A stretch of DNA of 64,000 bases from an uncultured Planctomycetota bacterium (GCA_963849325.1 CAWKHF010000005.1:864001-928000), one strand, 5' to 3'. Shown: positions 44,963-55,453, counted from the stretch's first letter. Translations and numbers: made by a program. Notes: a model not told the origin generated them from the letters alone.

Positions 44963-46540
44963 TTAACTCGCCGCGGCCGGCTCGCGCGGCGGCGCCTCGG
45001 TCGAGTGGATGCGCTGCTCGGCGGCCATCCGCAGGGCGATGCGGTTGATGACCTGCAAGAACGCCAGGGCGCTGGCCTCGATGATGTCGGTGCTCACGGC
45101 CCGGCCGTTGATGACGCTTGCCGTTGTACTCGGCCTCGATGTGGGCCTCGCCCTGGGCGTCCTCGCCGACCGTCACGCTGCGAATGCGGTAATCGCGCAG
45201 CTTCACCTCGATGCCGGTGATCTGCTCGATGGCCTTGAACACCGCATCGACCGGCCCGTCGCCGAGGCTGGCCTGGCGGACGATGGTGCCGTCCTGGTGC
45301 CACAGGCACACCGCCGCCGACGGGATCGTCGCCGAGCCGGCGTTGCACGTCACCGCCTCCAGCGTCCACAGCGTCGGGCCGCTGTGGATCTGCGCCTCGG
45401 CCAGCGCCTCAACGTCGGCGTCGTAAATCACCTTTTTGCGATCGGCCAACGCCTTGAAGCCGTCGAAGACCTTCTGCAACTGCTCTTCGTTGAGGTGATA
45501 GCCCAGGTCGAGGACGCGCTGGCGCAGGGCGTGCCGGCCGCTGTGCTTGCCCAGCACCAACTCCGTCTGCGCCACGCCGACGTCCTCGGGGTTCATGATC
45601 TCGTAGGTGGTCCGCTCCTTGAGCATGCCGTCCTGGTGGATGCCCGCTTCGTGGGCGAAGGCGTTCTGGCCGACGATGGCCTTGTTGCGCTGCACCTGGA
45701 TGCCGGTGACGTGCGACACCAGCCGGCTCGTCGGGTACAGCTTCTTGGTGTTGATGTGCGTCGTGACCTGGAAGTAATCCTGCCGCGTGCGCACGGCCAT
45801 GACGACCTCTTCGAGGGCGCAGTTGCCGGCGCGTTCGCCGAGGCCGTTGATGGTGCATTCGACCTGGCGGGCGCCCTCGGCGATGGCGGCGAGGCTGTTG
45901 GCCACGGCCATGCCGAGGTCGTTGTGGCAGTGGACGCTGATGATCGCCTTGTCGATGCCGCGGACGTGCTTCTTGAGGTGGGCGATGGCGGCGGCGTACT
46001 GGCTCGGGCACCGCGTAGCCGACCGTGTCGGGGATGTTCACCGTCGTCGCGCCGGCCTCGATGGCGCGCTCGACCACTTCGGTCGAGGAAATCCAGTTCG
46101 GTGCGGGCGGCGTCCTCCGGCGAGAACTCGACGTCGTCGCAGTAGCCGCGGCGCGCTGGACGCCCTCGACGGCGCGGCGGATGATCTCTTCCTTGGCCAT
46201 CTTGAGCTTGAATTCGCGGTGGATGGCGCTGGTGGCGAGGAAGACGTGGATGCGCGGCCGGGCGCAGTCGCGCAGGGCTTCGCCGGCGCGGTCGATGTCG
46301 GCGGCGTTGCAGCGGGCCAGGCCGCAGATGATCGGCCCCTCGACCTCGCGGGCGATGGCCTGCACCGCCTCGAAGTCGCCCGGCGAGGCGATGGGGAAGC
46401 CGGCCTCGATGACGTCCACGCCGAGATCCTTGAGGGCGTGCGCCACCTGGAGCTTCTCGGCCAGGTTCATGCTGGCGCCCGGGCGATTGCTCGCCGTCGC
46501 GCAGCGTCGTGTCGAAGATGATCAGGCGGTCGTCGGTCAT
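44963..46540 (-). CDS. leuA: 2-isopropylmalate synthase; several indels
   Basis: IFDTTLRDGEQSPG, HCHNDLG, INGLGERAGN, HEAGIHQDG, LGKHSGR, GDGPVDA regulatory domain. Confidence 0.96.
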
Positions 46541-46558
46541 GGTCGGACTCCGGCGAAG

Positions 46559-46589
46559 AAAAAAGCCCTGGGATTTCCGTCCCAGGGCT
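46559..46589 (-). terminator. Attenuator terminator of the leuA leader
   Basis: mRNA AGCCCUGGGA-cggaaa-UCCCAGGGCU followed by UUUUU. Confidence 0.9.
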
Positions 46590-46628
46590 GTGCTCAGCAA
46601 GCGCGAAGGAAACACCGGCTGGAGGCGC

Positions 46629-46691
46629 CTAGGACCCGTCTCCGCGAAGGAGAAGCGTGTCGAGCAGGCTGAAAAGTAGCTGAGTCGTCAT
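46629..46691 (-). promoter_or_regulatory. Leucine attenuator leader peptide MTTQLLFSLLDTLLLRGDGS
   Basis: 20 codons, 7 Leu, directly upstream of the terminator and leuA. Confidence 0.88.
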
Positions 46692-46806
46692 GGCGGTGTC
46701 GGAAGGGCGAGGGCGTTCCGCTGTTGGTGCGCAAGAAAACCTTAGCAGATAGTGTAGGGGTTCCAGGCGAGGAAGGCAACGGCTCTTTTGTCTTTACCCG
46801 CTTGCT

Positions 46807-48314
46807 GGGTGGGCAGCTGTTACTTGGGTGGGTTTTTGGCTTGTCGCGCGATAGGTTGACTCCCAGGTCCAAAACGCACACGCCTTCTTCACACTCAGGA
46901 GTTGCATCATGGCTTCCCAGCACGGTCCTTCCCCAGTGGCCCCATCCCGCCAAGAACGCATCGAAGCCATCCTGCAACAGCTGCGACCCCAGATCGAACA
47001 GACCGTTCGCCAGCTTGTCGAAAGGGCCGTCGATGTTCCCGAGGCGGAGGAATTCGGCGCCATCGACTTCGAGTTCCGCGATGCCGGGCAGAAGCTGGTC
47101 AACCACGTCCGGCAAGCCAGCGTGGCGAGCCGGAAAAAAAGGGCTACGTAGGCTCCAGCGTACGCTGCACCTTGTGCGGGCACACGGCCAAGTTTCATTC
47201 CTACCAGTCCCGGCGGCTGTTGACCGTGCATGGCGAGGTGCGTCTGGAGTGCGCCTATTACTACTGTGCCCGCTGCCACCACAGTTGCATCCCCTACGAC
47301 GAGGTACTGGGCTTGCACGATGCCATCAGCCCCGGCTTGCGGCCGCTGGTCTGTCTGGCCGGGACGATGGTGCCCTTCGGCGATGCGTCCGAAGACATCC
47401 TCCGGCGTTTCTCCGGAGTGCGTCTGTCGGCTTCCTCGGTATTGCGCTGTACCCAAGGGGAGGGCGAACGCTTGCGGGCGCAGCAGAAAGCGGGGCCGAT
47501 GGTCGAGCCGACGCAGCCCGAACTCCTCTGGACCGCACCGCGAAGGGAAGGGCAGCCCGCGGCCTATGTCGGCCTGGACGCCTTCAGCGTGCCGATGCAG
47601 GGGATCGGAGCAGGCAAGGCCGAGCATCGCATGCTCTACACCGCGTTGTTGTACACGCCGCAAAAGGAGCACAGCCGCTACCTGGTCGATTTCGACCTCG
47701 ATGTGCTGGCGGAGCAAGTGCGCGCGCAGGCCCGGGCGTTGGGCGTTACGCGGGTGAGTGACTTGATCGCCGTGACCGACGGCGGCAACGGCCTGGAAGA
47801 AGCCTTGCAGCGTCACCTGGCCGAGAACCTGACGACTATCCTGGATTGGTATCACGCCGCCGAACACCTCTGTGCCTTCGCCAACGTCTGGCATGCCGGC
47901 GAGGAAACGGCCCGCGTGCTGTGGCAGCAGCAGGCCAAAGGAATCCTCTATGAGCAAGGGGGCGAAGCCTTGCTCACCTTTTTGCGGGCGTTGGACTTGC
48001 CGCCGGAGACATCGGCAGAGGTTCACGAGGAACTGCGGAAGCTGATCGGCTACTTCGAGAACAACCGGCATCGCACCGATTATCCGCGCTATCGTCAGAA
48101 GGGCTGGGACATCGGCAGTGGGCCGACGGAGGCGGGCTGCAAGATCATCGGTGAAAGGCTCAAGGGTTCGGGCATGCGCTGGGTAGAAGACGGTGCGGCG
48201 ACCGTGGCGGCCCTACGGGCTTTATATGTCAGTGGCGGCAAGGTGTGGGACGGCTTCTGGTCGCAGCCTCACCGCGCCGCCGCGTAAAGTCACCCAAGTA
48301 AATGATTCACACCC
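46807..48314 (+). mobile_element. ISKra4-family insertion sequence
   Basis: Imperfect 24-bp TIRs (GGGTG...TTACTTGGGTG, 19/24 match); 9-bp target duplication CCGCTTGCT at 46798-46806 and 48315-48323. Confidence 0.92.
46909..48287 (+). CDS. ISKra4-type DDE transposase, probable -1 frameshift at A7GGG (47134-47143)
   Basis: 80-aa orfA then -1 frame KKGYVGSSVRC; DGG.GL, ILDWYHAAEHL, IGSGPTEAGCK, RLKGSGMRW. Confidence 0.9.
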
Positions 48315-48425
48315 CCGCTTGCTTCCCGTGCCGTATGTCTACCTACGACGCCGGGACGGTCTTGCAATGGGCGACGGTTCGGGGAAAGATGGAAGACGAC
48401 TCTCCCTCTTGGCCGCGGCGCGGAG

Positions 48426-49662
48426 GTGAAGCGTGAACGTCTGCTGCCGGCAGAACGACGAGACAGCTGGGCGGAGGGGGGCGCGGGTGCCCTGTTGCGT
48501 CTGCTGCTGGCGCTGGGCCTTGTGCTGGCGGCAGCGATCGCCGCCCGTAGCGAAGTGCCCGACCAGCGCGGCGAACGGCCCGAGGAGGCCATCATCATCC
48601 GGCTGATCGGGCAACTGGGCATGCGCCAGCTACGCCGAGCGCGAGGAGGCCGGCCGGCGGCTGGACGAAATCGGCGAGGCCGCCCTGCCTCGACTGCGCA
48701 AGCGCTCCAAAGCGATGATCTGGAAGTGCGCTTCCGTGCCCGCGACCTGGTTCGCCTCATCCAGCACCGCCTGTACGGTCAACGGTTGGCGCTCCTGGGC
48801 CACCGCGACGTGGTCGTCAGCATCGCCGTGTCGGCCGACGGCACCCGAGTGCTGTCCGGCAGCAACGATGGCACCATCCGCCTGTGGGACTCGACAACGG
48901 GCAAGCCGATCCGCCCGATGCAGGGGCATCGCGGCCAGGCCTGGGCCGTGGCCCTGTCGTCCGACGGCAAGTTCGCCCTGGGCGGCGGACAGGACGGCAG
49001 CCTCGCCCTCTACGATGTGGCGGACGGCAAACAAGTGCGGTCGTTCGACCATCATCCGCAAGCGGTGCGGGCCGCCGTCTTCACGCCGGACGGACAAACG
49101 CGCCCTGTCGGCCTGCTACGACGGCGTCCTGCGTCTGTGGGACGTGCGCACCGGCAAGAAGCTGCGCTCCTTTACCGGACATTCCGACTCGATTATGTGC
49201 CTGGCGTGCTCGCCGGACGGCAAGCGGGCGCTGACCGGCGGCCTGGTCAACGACCGCACGGTGCGTCTGTGGGACCTGGAAAGCGGCCAAGCGATCCACA
49301 AGCTCACCGGCCACGGCGAGCGCGTCATGGGCGTGGCCTTCTCGCCCGACGGCCGGTTGGCGGCCTCCGCCAGCTGGGACGCTACCGTTCGGCTGTGGGA
49401 CCTGGACAGCGGCAAGGAGGTGCGCCGCCTCGACCACAAGTCCCACCTCTACGGCGTGGCCTTTTCGCCCGCCGGCCGGCACCTCGCCTCCGGCGACGAG
49501 GGCGGCGCGCTGTTGCTGTGGGACGTGGCCACGGGCAAACACCTGTTCACCTTCGAGGGCCACACCGGCTACATCAGCGACATTGCCTTCGCCGCGCGGG
49601 GGCGGCGCCTGGTGTCCTGCGGCGGCGACCATACCGTGCGCATCTGGCTGGCGCTGCGCTGA
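48426..49662 (+). CDS. WD40-repeat protein, split by indels
   Basis: Repeated GH...V..VAFSPDG...SGS.D.TVRLWD. Confidence 0.88.
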
Positions 49663-49663
49663 G

Positions 49664-49806
49664 TGTCTGTCCCGTAAGCCCCTCTCCCCCGTACTCGGGG
49701 GAGAGGGGTTGGGGTGAGGGGGCGGCGAACCTGCGGAAACCGCACCCCCTCACCCCCAACCCCTCTCCCCCGAGTACGGGGGAGAGGGGGGCTTACGGGA
49801 CAGACA
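49664..49806. repeat. Long composite palindromic REP-like element between convergent genes
   Basis: TGTCTGTCCCGTAAGCCCC...CCCTCTCCCCCGTACTCGGGGGAGAGGGG...GGCTTACGGGACAGACA. Confidence 0.9.
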
Positions 49807-49813
49807 TCGGAGT

Positions 49814-50999
49814 TCATTCCTTGTGATATGGCTTGCCGGCCATGTACAGTTTGAGCCGTTTCTGCGCCTTTTCCAGCTCTTTTTTGGGGAATTCATCGGG
49901 CGATTTCAGGGCCGCCTTCTGCGTTTGCACGGCCTTGTCGAACTGGCCGGACTCGGCGTAGGCGGCGGCGAGCGTGTCGAGGAACGTCATCTCCTTGTTG
50001 TCGGTCAGCCGGCACGCCTTCTCGGCGTACCCCACCGCCTTCTTGCCGTCGCGCAGTTCCGCCTTGGGGCAGGTGGCCAGGATCCAGGCCAGACCCGACA
50101 GGGCGTCGGGGTTATCGCCGTGCAGCTTCAGCGCCTGCTCGAAGTCGGCGATGGCCTTCTCGTATTCGCCCTTCTCGCCGTACGCTTCGGCTCGGCTGAC
50201 GTGCGCCCGGATGTTGCGCGGGACGAGCTGGAGGATGTGGCTGAAGTCGGCGATGGCCTTGTCGTACTCTTCCTTCTCCATCCAGGCGTCGCCGCGCGCC
50301 TGGTACGCCTCGGGGTGCTTCGGATCGGTCTCGATGGCCCGGTTGAACTCGGCGAAGGCCTTGTCGTGCTCGCCTTTTTCCGCGTAGACGTCGCCGCGGC
50401 CGACGTAACCGCTGACGAATTTCGGGTCGATCTGGAGCACCTTGTTGAAGTCGGCCAGCGCCTTGTCGAGGTCGCGCTTGTACAGGTACGTCCGCCCCCG
50501 GCTGTAGAGGGCGGGCAGCGACTTGGGGTCCAGTTCGACGGCTTTGCTGAAGTCCGCCAGCGCCTTGTCGTATTCGCGCCGAGCGTTGTACACGCCGGCC
50601 CGGCTGGTGTAGGCGATGACGTTCTTGGGGTCCAACTCGATGGCCTTGCTGAAATCGGCCAGGGCCTTGTCGAACGTCGCCGCCCTCCAGGTACATGGCG
50701 CCGCGGTAGGTGTAGGCGAGCACGTTCTTGGCGTCCAGCTCCAGCACCTTGGCGAAGTCGGCCAGGGCCGCCTTGCGCTCGCCCTTGCGTCCCTGGGCCA
50801 CGGCCCGCAGCAGGTAGGCGCTCTGACTCTTGGGGTTGAGCTTCAGCACCTGAGTAAACAGGTTGATGGCCTGATCGTACTGCTGCCGGGCCAGCGCCTC
50901 GCTGCCCTTCTGAAAGATGTCGGCGGCGTCGTCCGTCCGCCCCGGAGCGGCCAGCAGCAGCACCAGCATCGCGCCGCCCGCCCAACGTGTCGCCGTCAT
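49814..50999 (-). CDS. Secreted TPR-repeat protein; indel near 50670
   Basis: Signal peptide; many AY..RG..Y....YDKA.ADF repeats; LAWILATCP...RDG..A. Confidence 0.9.
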
Positions 51000-51211
51000 G
51001 AATCTTCCTCCCTTCGACGGGGTTGTCTGCCCGTTTCTTCGATCCGACTCATTGTAAAGAAGCAGCGGAGGGGCACAACCCCGGCCTCCTTTCGCGGCGC
51101 ATGACGGATCGGCCAACTTTGTTTTTGCCGATCGGCTTGTGGTTTGCTATCATCCTTCCTCAAGGCCGAATTCCGGTCCCTCTCCGCTTTCCTCTCACGA
51201 TGAGGTGTCCG

Positions 51212-51661
51212 ATGGCGAGCACGCCGACCGTGCCGCCCGCGTCCCGGATGAGCCTGGACGCGGCGCGGGCCGACGATTTGATGACGCCCAACCCGATGTC
51301 GATTCGCGCCGAGGCGACGGTGCCGGAGGCCGTCGCCGTGCTGATCGAGCGCGGCTTCAGCGCCGCCCCGGTAATCGACGAGTCCGGCCGGCCCATCGGC
51401 GTCGTCAGCCGGGCCGACATTCTTGTCCACGAGCGCGAACGGCCGCGCGGCGGTGTCTCGGCGGACCTCGATTCCACGCTGGTGCGCGACATCATGACGC
51501 CCGCCGTGTTCTCGGTGACGCCGCAGACGTCCGTCGAGCAGGTGGTCGATCAACTGTTGACGCTAAACGTCCACCAACTCTATGTCGTGGATGCGGAGCA
51601 TTATCTCATCGGCGTCATCAGCGCCCATGACGTGCTGCGCCGCCTGCGTAGTGAGGATTGA
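51212..51661 (+). CDS. CBS-domain pair protein
   Basis: DLMTPNP...SAAPVID...GVVSRADI...VRDIMTP...GVISAHD. Confidence 0.9.
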   Translation: MASTPTVPPASRMSLDAARADDLMTPNPMSIRAEATVPEAVAVLIERGFSAAPVIDESGRPIGVVSRADILVHERERPRGGVSADLDSTLVRDIMTPAVFSVTPQTSVEQVVDQLLTLNVHQLYVVDAEHYLIGVISAHDVLRRLRSED

Positions 51662-51699
51662 GCCGTCGGAGGGAATGCGAAAGCGAGAGGAAGCGAGGA

Positions 51700-51772
51700 T
51701 GACCCCGAGGGGATTCGAACCCCTGTCGCGGCCGTGAAAGGGCCGTGTCCTGGGCCTCTAGACGACGGGGCC
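51700..51772 (-). tRNA. tRNA-Glu (TTC), CCA not encoded
   Basis: Reverse complement GGCCCCGTCGTCTAGAGGCCCAGGACACGGCCCTTTCACGGCCGCGACAGGGGTTCGAATCCCCTCGGGGTCA folds as a cloverleaf. Confidence 0.97.
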
Positions 51773-51904
51773 ACGTCGTCGGTCAACGACAACCGTATGC
51801 TAGGGAGCCTATCGCGCTCCGTCAAGTTGAGCGGCGGCGTCGCCGGCGCGGGAGTTTCTACAATAACCGTGGACAACAGCGGTGTATTCTCCCGCGAGGC
51901 AACC

Positions 51905-52699
51905 ATGACGGCCGACGAGGTACGGACGATTCTCGAACAGGTCCACGCCGGGCGGCTGAGCGTGGAGGCGGCGCTCGGCCAACTGCGGGAAGCGCCGTCC
52001 GTGGCGGATCTCGGTTTCGCCCAGGTCGATCTGCACCGCCGCCAGCGCTGCGGCTTTCCCGAAGTGATCTTTTGCGAGGGTAAAACTCCTCAATGGGTCG
52101 AGGGCGTCGTCCGCCAGTTGGCGGCGGCGAACCAGGACTGTCTGGCCACGCGCGTCAACGTCGAGCAGGCCGCCTATCTGGCGCAGCTCTTCCCGCAGGC
52201 CGAGCAGGACCGTGTGGCCCGCACCTTCTGGCTGCCGGCCCAAACGCCGGCCGCGCCCGCCGGCCGCGTCGTCGTCCTCACGGCCGGCACCAGCGACTTG
52301 CCGGTGGCGCAGGAAGCCGTCGTCACGTCCCGCGCTCTCGGCTGCGACGTCAAACTGCTGGCGGACGTCGGCGTGGCCGGCATTCACCGTCTGCTGCGCC
52401 ACCGCGAGCAGTTCGCCGGCGCCGACGCCATCGTTTGCGTGGCCGGCATGGACGGCGCCCTGCCCAGCGTGGTCGGCGGGTTGGTCGATTGTCCGGTCAT
52501 CGCCGTGCCGACCAGCATTGGCTACGGCGCCGCCTTTCAGGGGTTGGCCGCGATGTTGACGATGCTCAACGCCTGTTCCGCCAATGTCGTCGTCGTCAAC
52601 ATCGACAGCGGCTTCAAGGGCGGCTACGTGGCGGCCCTCATCGCTCGCCGGGCCACCAAGACGAATGAACCACAGATGAACACAGATAAACACGGATAA
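51905..52699 (+). CDS. larB: Nickel-pincer cofactor biosynthesis protein LarB
   Basis: DLHR..RCGFPEVIFCEGK, AGTSDLPVA, DVGVAGIHRL, AGMDGAL, VPTSIGYG, VVNIDSGF. Confidence 0.93.
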   Translation: MTADEVRTILEQVHAGRLSVEAALGQLREAPSVADLGFAQVDLHRRQRCGFPEVIFCEGKTPQWVEGVVRQLAAANQDCLATRVNVEQAAYLAQLFPQAEQDRVARTFWLPAQTPAAPAGRVVVLTAGTSDLPVAQEAVVTSRALGCDVKLLADVGVAGIHRLLRHREQFAGADAIVCVAGMDGALPSVVGGLVDCPVIAVPTSIGYGAAFQGLAAMLTMLNACSANVVVVNIDSGFKGGYVAALIARRATKTNEPQMNTDKHG

Positions 52700-52754
52700 A
52701 GAAGATTTATTGAATTCTTTATCCGTGTTTATCTGTGTTCATCTGTGGTTCATT
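52664..52754. repeat. Inverted repeat with arms of ~10-mer units (CACAGATGAA/CACAGATAAA/CACGGATAAA) and an 11-bp spacer
   Basis: 40-bp perfect arms at 52664-52703 and 52715-52754. Confidence 0.95.
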
Positions 52755-53666
52755 TTTTTCTTCCATCTGTCGTTCGATGTTCAGGCCGACGCGCTGGCTC
52801 CACGCCGTCAGCAACCGGCGATACACCGGGCCGGGTTGGCCGTCGCCGAGGGGCGCGTCGTTGATCCTCGTCACCGGCATGAGACAATACGACGTGCTGG
52901 ACAGAAACGCTTCCTCGGCGTGCTCGGCCGCGGACACCGGGATGTCCCGTTCCTCGAACGGGATGCCCAACTCGCCAGCCAATTCGATCACCGTGGCCCG
53001 GCTGATGCCCGGCAGCGTGTTGTCCAGGGTCGGCGACACGAGGACGCCGCGGGCGACCAGGAAGAAGTTGCCGGTACTCGTCTCCGTCACATTGCCGGCC
53101 AGGTCGAGCAGCAGCGCCGACGCCTCGGGGTCGGCGCGATGGACCTCGCGCTCGGCGAGGTAGTAGTGCATCCGGCTGCGGCACTTCATGTTCGCGTCCC
53201 AGCACTGCGGCGGCACCTGGCGGATCGACGGCGTCAGCAGCCGCGTCCCCCTTTTCAGCTTGTCGGCCCACAGGGCGAAGGGCAGCGCGAAGGTGTGGAC
53301 GCAGACGGTCGGACCCGTCCGTGGCGGCCGGCCAACGGCATAGACGGCGTGCTCGCCTGCCGTGACGAAATGCACCAGACCCATCTCGGCCGCATCGTCG
53401 AGCAGTCGGCCATTGTGGGCGAGCAGTTCCAACGAGAACGTCCGTCAGCTCGGCCTTCGAGACGCCCACGTCCATGCCCGTGATGCGGAGGGCGCGGAAA
53501 AGACGGTCGAGATGGTCCTCGAGACGGAACGGCCGCTTGTGAAAGGTGCGCGTCATCTCCGCGACGGTGGCTCCCTGCACGACGCTGGCGTCCCAGAGAG
53601 CCAGATGCGCCTGCCCGGCAGGCACGAGGCGGCCGTTCAGATACACCAGTGGTTCCCTCATCGCAT
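52719..53666 (-). CDS. Aminotransferase class IV (IlvE/PabC-like); indel near 53435
   Basis: VYLNG, RLEDHLDRL, ETSTGNFF, LPGISRA, EEAFLSST. Confidence 0.9.
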
Positions 53667-54017
53667 GAACCCCTTGGGTCGCTCGGAGACATTCCTTGTC
53701 TAGTTTGGAGGCTGGAGGGGCCGATTTCCAGTGCAGCCCGCGCATCCCGAGGTGGGAAGCAGCTTGCTCATCCTCTTCGCCGCGAAAAAAGCCGTCAGAT
53801 CGATCAATACTTGCCCAGTCGCGTAGCAGATTGCGGGAGAGAGAAGGGAGCACCCCGCCCGGACGGCCGATGGCGAGCGGCATCGGACCTTTCTTGCCCC
53901 GCTTCGACATCTTGAACTGCAAGTTGAAATGAATTAAATGCTTACGGCTGGTAAACCCCTCGCCGGACTGTTCGCGGACGGCGAGATGGTCGTCGAAGAG
54001 AACTCTGGCTGAACTTT

Positions 54018-54033
54018 TGGCATAACAATTGCA
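54018..54033 (+). promoter_or_regulatory. Putative sigma54 promoter
   Basis: TGGCAT-AACAA-TTGCA in an AT-rich intergenic region. Confidence 0.65.
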
Positions 54034-54121
54034 CCCTCAATCGCTATGAAATGGAGGCGGTTTCGGCTAGTGAAAAAAAATAAATTTGATTACCATGCAA
54101 GTGTGGGCCGCGTTCGGCCGC

Positions 54122-54304
54122 TACAAACGGACTTTCCAGAGAGGAAATCGGCGGCGAAGGAGTCGCCGCCCGAGATACGAAAGGACTTCGTAAGCTACGG
54201 TTGACAGAGAGAGGTTGCTGCTCCGATTGACCCCCTGCTAGGGTCCACTTTCAAGGAAGCCTCTCGGCGCACGACCCCCGCAAGTTCCGTCTTTCGTCCG
54301 TGTA
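54122..54304 (+). ncRNA. Candidate structured RNA with GGA-loop hairpins
   Basis: Hairpins GGCGGCGA-AGGAG-TCGCCGCC, TACGAA-AGGAC-TTCGTA, TTTCC-AGAGA-GGAAA, GAGAGG..CCTCTC; closing pair ACGGAC/GTCCGT. Confidence 0.4.
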
Positions 54305-54410
54305 CCCGACATTCGTTTTCGTCTCGTTCCAATGAGGGCTGCCGGTGCGTCGGCGCTGCCTCCGGGCAGCCACGCCGATGCTCCGCGCCGATAGGGCAGG
54401 AGTACGAGGC

Positions 54411-54968
54411 ATGTTCCCGTTGAACTACGCATTGGCCGTGGCCCTGCTGACCGCGGCGCCGGACCAGGTCGAGTTGCCGGCCGCCGCCGAGGAGTTCGCC
54501 ACCGTCCGGCCGACGTTGCAGCGCGTCGCCATTTCCTGGGAAATCCTCGACCCACGCGAGGTCCGCTACGTGCTCACCCGGACGGAGGACTTCGGCGCCG
54601 ACTTGAAGCTTCTGCGCCGCCGCTATCAGGATCTCCTCGATGCTCCACCGCTGTGCGACGGCATGCGTTTCCCCGACCGCAGCCTCATCAACGAGTTGCT
54701 GTCGTTCAATCGCGCCTACCGCCAGCACCTCGACAGCCGGCAGGCGCTGGACCCGACCGGCTGGTGGGAACTGCACGAGGCGATGCAAGAATCGGATCGG
54801 CTGTACCAGATTTGGGACACCGTCCGCGATGCGCGCTGCGATTACTACTATGTGACGGTTCGGCGGCAGGCGCTGAAGAAGCTGCGCGAGGCGATCGGAG
54901 AACAGGCCTACTATTCCGGCTGCCTGCCGCCGCACGTGCCCATCTGGCGCTTCGCCCGCATCGACTGA
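54411..54968 (+). CDS. Conserved planctomycete-type hypothetical protein
   Basis: AGGAG RBS; WEILDPRE...YYSGCLPPHVPIWRF; strong codon bias. Confidence 0.75.
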   Translation: MFPLNYALAVALLTAAPDQVELPAAAEEFATVRPTLQRVAISWEILDPREVRYVLTRTEDFGADLKLLRRRYQDLLDAPPLCDGMRFPDRSLINELLSFNRAYRQHLDSRQALDPTGWWELHEAMQESDRLYQIWDTVRDARCDYYYVTVRRQALKKLREAIGEQAYYSGCLPPHVPIWRFARID

Positions 54969-54986
54969 TCGATCCAGCCGCATTCT

Positions 54987-55043
54987 CCGAGCCGCGAGCG
55001 TGAGCGAGCGGAACTGGTTCGCTCGCTAACGCTCGCGGCTCGG
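54987..55043. repeat. REP-like palindrome, family D variant
   Basis: CCGAGCCGCGAGCGTGAGCGAGCG...CGCTCGCTAACGCTCGCGGCTCGG. Confidence 0.85.
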
Positions 55044-55055
55044 CTTCCGCGCGGG

Positions 55056-55361
55056 TCAGACATCGACCTGTACCTCGTCGCCGACGACCTGGACCTTGTA
55101 GCAAGCCACATCGCTGCGGGCCGGCGGCGACAGGTGGGCGCCGGTGGTGACGTCGAAGGTGGCGCCGTGCCACGGGCAAGTGACGTGATGTCCCTCGATT
55201 TCTCCCTCCCAGAGCGACGCGCCGCGGTGCGGACAGGTATCGTCAATGGCGTGGAAGGTGCCGTTGACGTTGAACAGCGCCAGTGTCTTGCCGGCCACCT
55301 TCACCTGCCGGGACTTGCCCGCGGGCACTTCGGACACCGTGACTACTTTCACGAACGCCAT
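55056..55361 (-). CDS. Rieske [2Fe-2S] ferredoxin
   Basis: CPH...CPWHGATFD. Confidence 0.93.
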   Translation of the reverse strand: MAFVKVVTVSEVPAGKSRQVKVAGKTLALFNVNGTFHAIDDTCPHRGASLWEGEIEGHHVTCPWHGATFDVTTGAHLSPPARSDVACYKVQVVGDEVQVDV

Positions 55362-55453
55362 CGCCGGCCCTCCCCACTCGAGCACTTGTCCACCGATCTT
55401 ATTGTGGCGAACGCCGGCAGGCCCGGCAACGCCGTTCAGACGACCGGCGGACC

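Noticed and set aside
44562-45911. Apparent LeuA-HTH fusion ORF (449 aa)
   Set aside because: Indel artefact. The LeuA C-terminus continues in another frame to a stop at 44963, and the HTH gene has its own RBS and ATG at 44933.
51133-51148. Possible sigma54 site upstream of the CBS gene (CGGCTT-GTGGT-TTGCT)
   Set aside because: Spacing is right but the -24 box match is weak; not enough support.
51700-51772. tRNA-Glu as an island integration site
   Set aside because: No integrase nearby and no duplicated tRNA 3' end was found by eye.
51734-51904. N-terminal extension of LarB in the ORF track
   Set aside because: It overlaps the tRNA gene; the ATG at 51905 with a GAGG RBS fits LarB better.
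51905-52699. Complete lactate racemase/nickel-pincer operon
   Set aside because: Only larB is present; no larA, larC or larE in the window.
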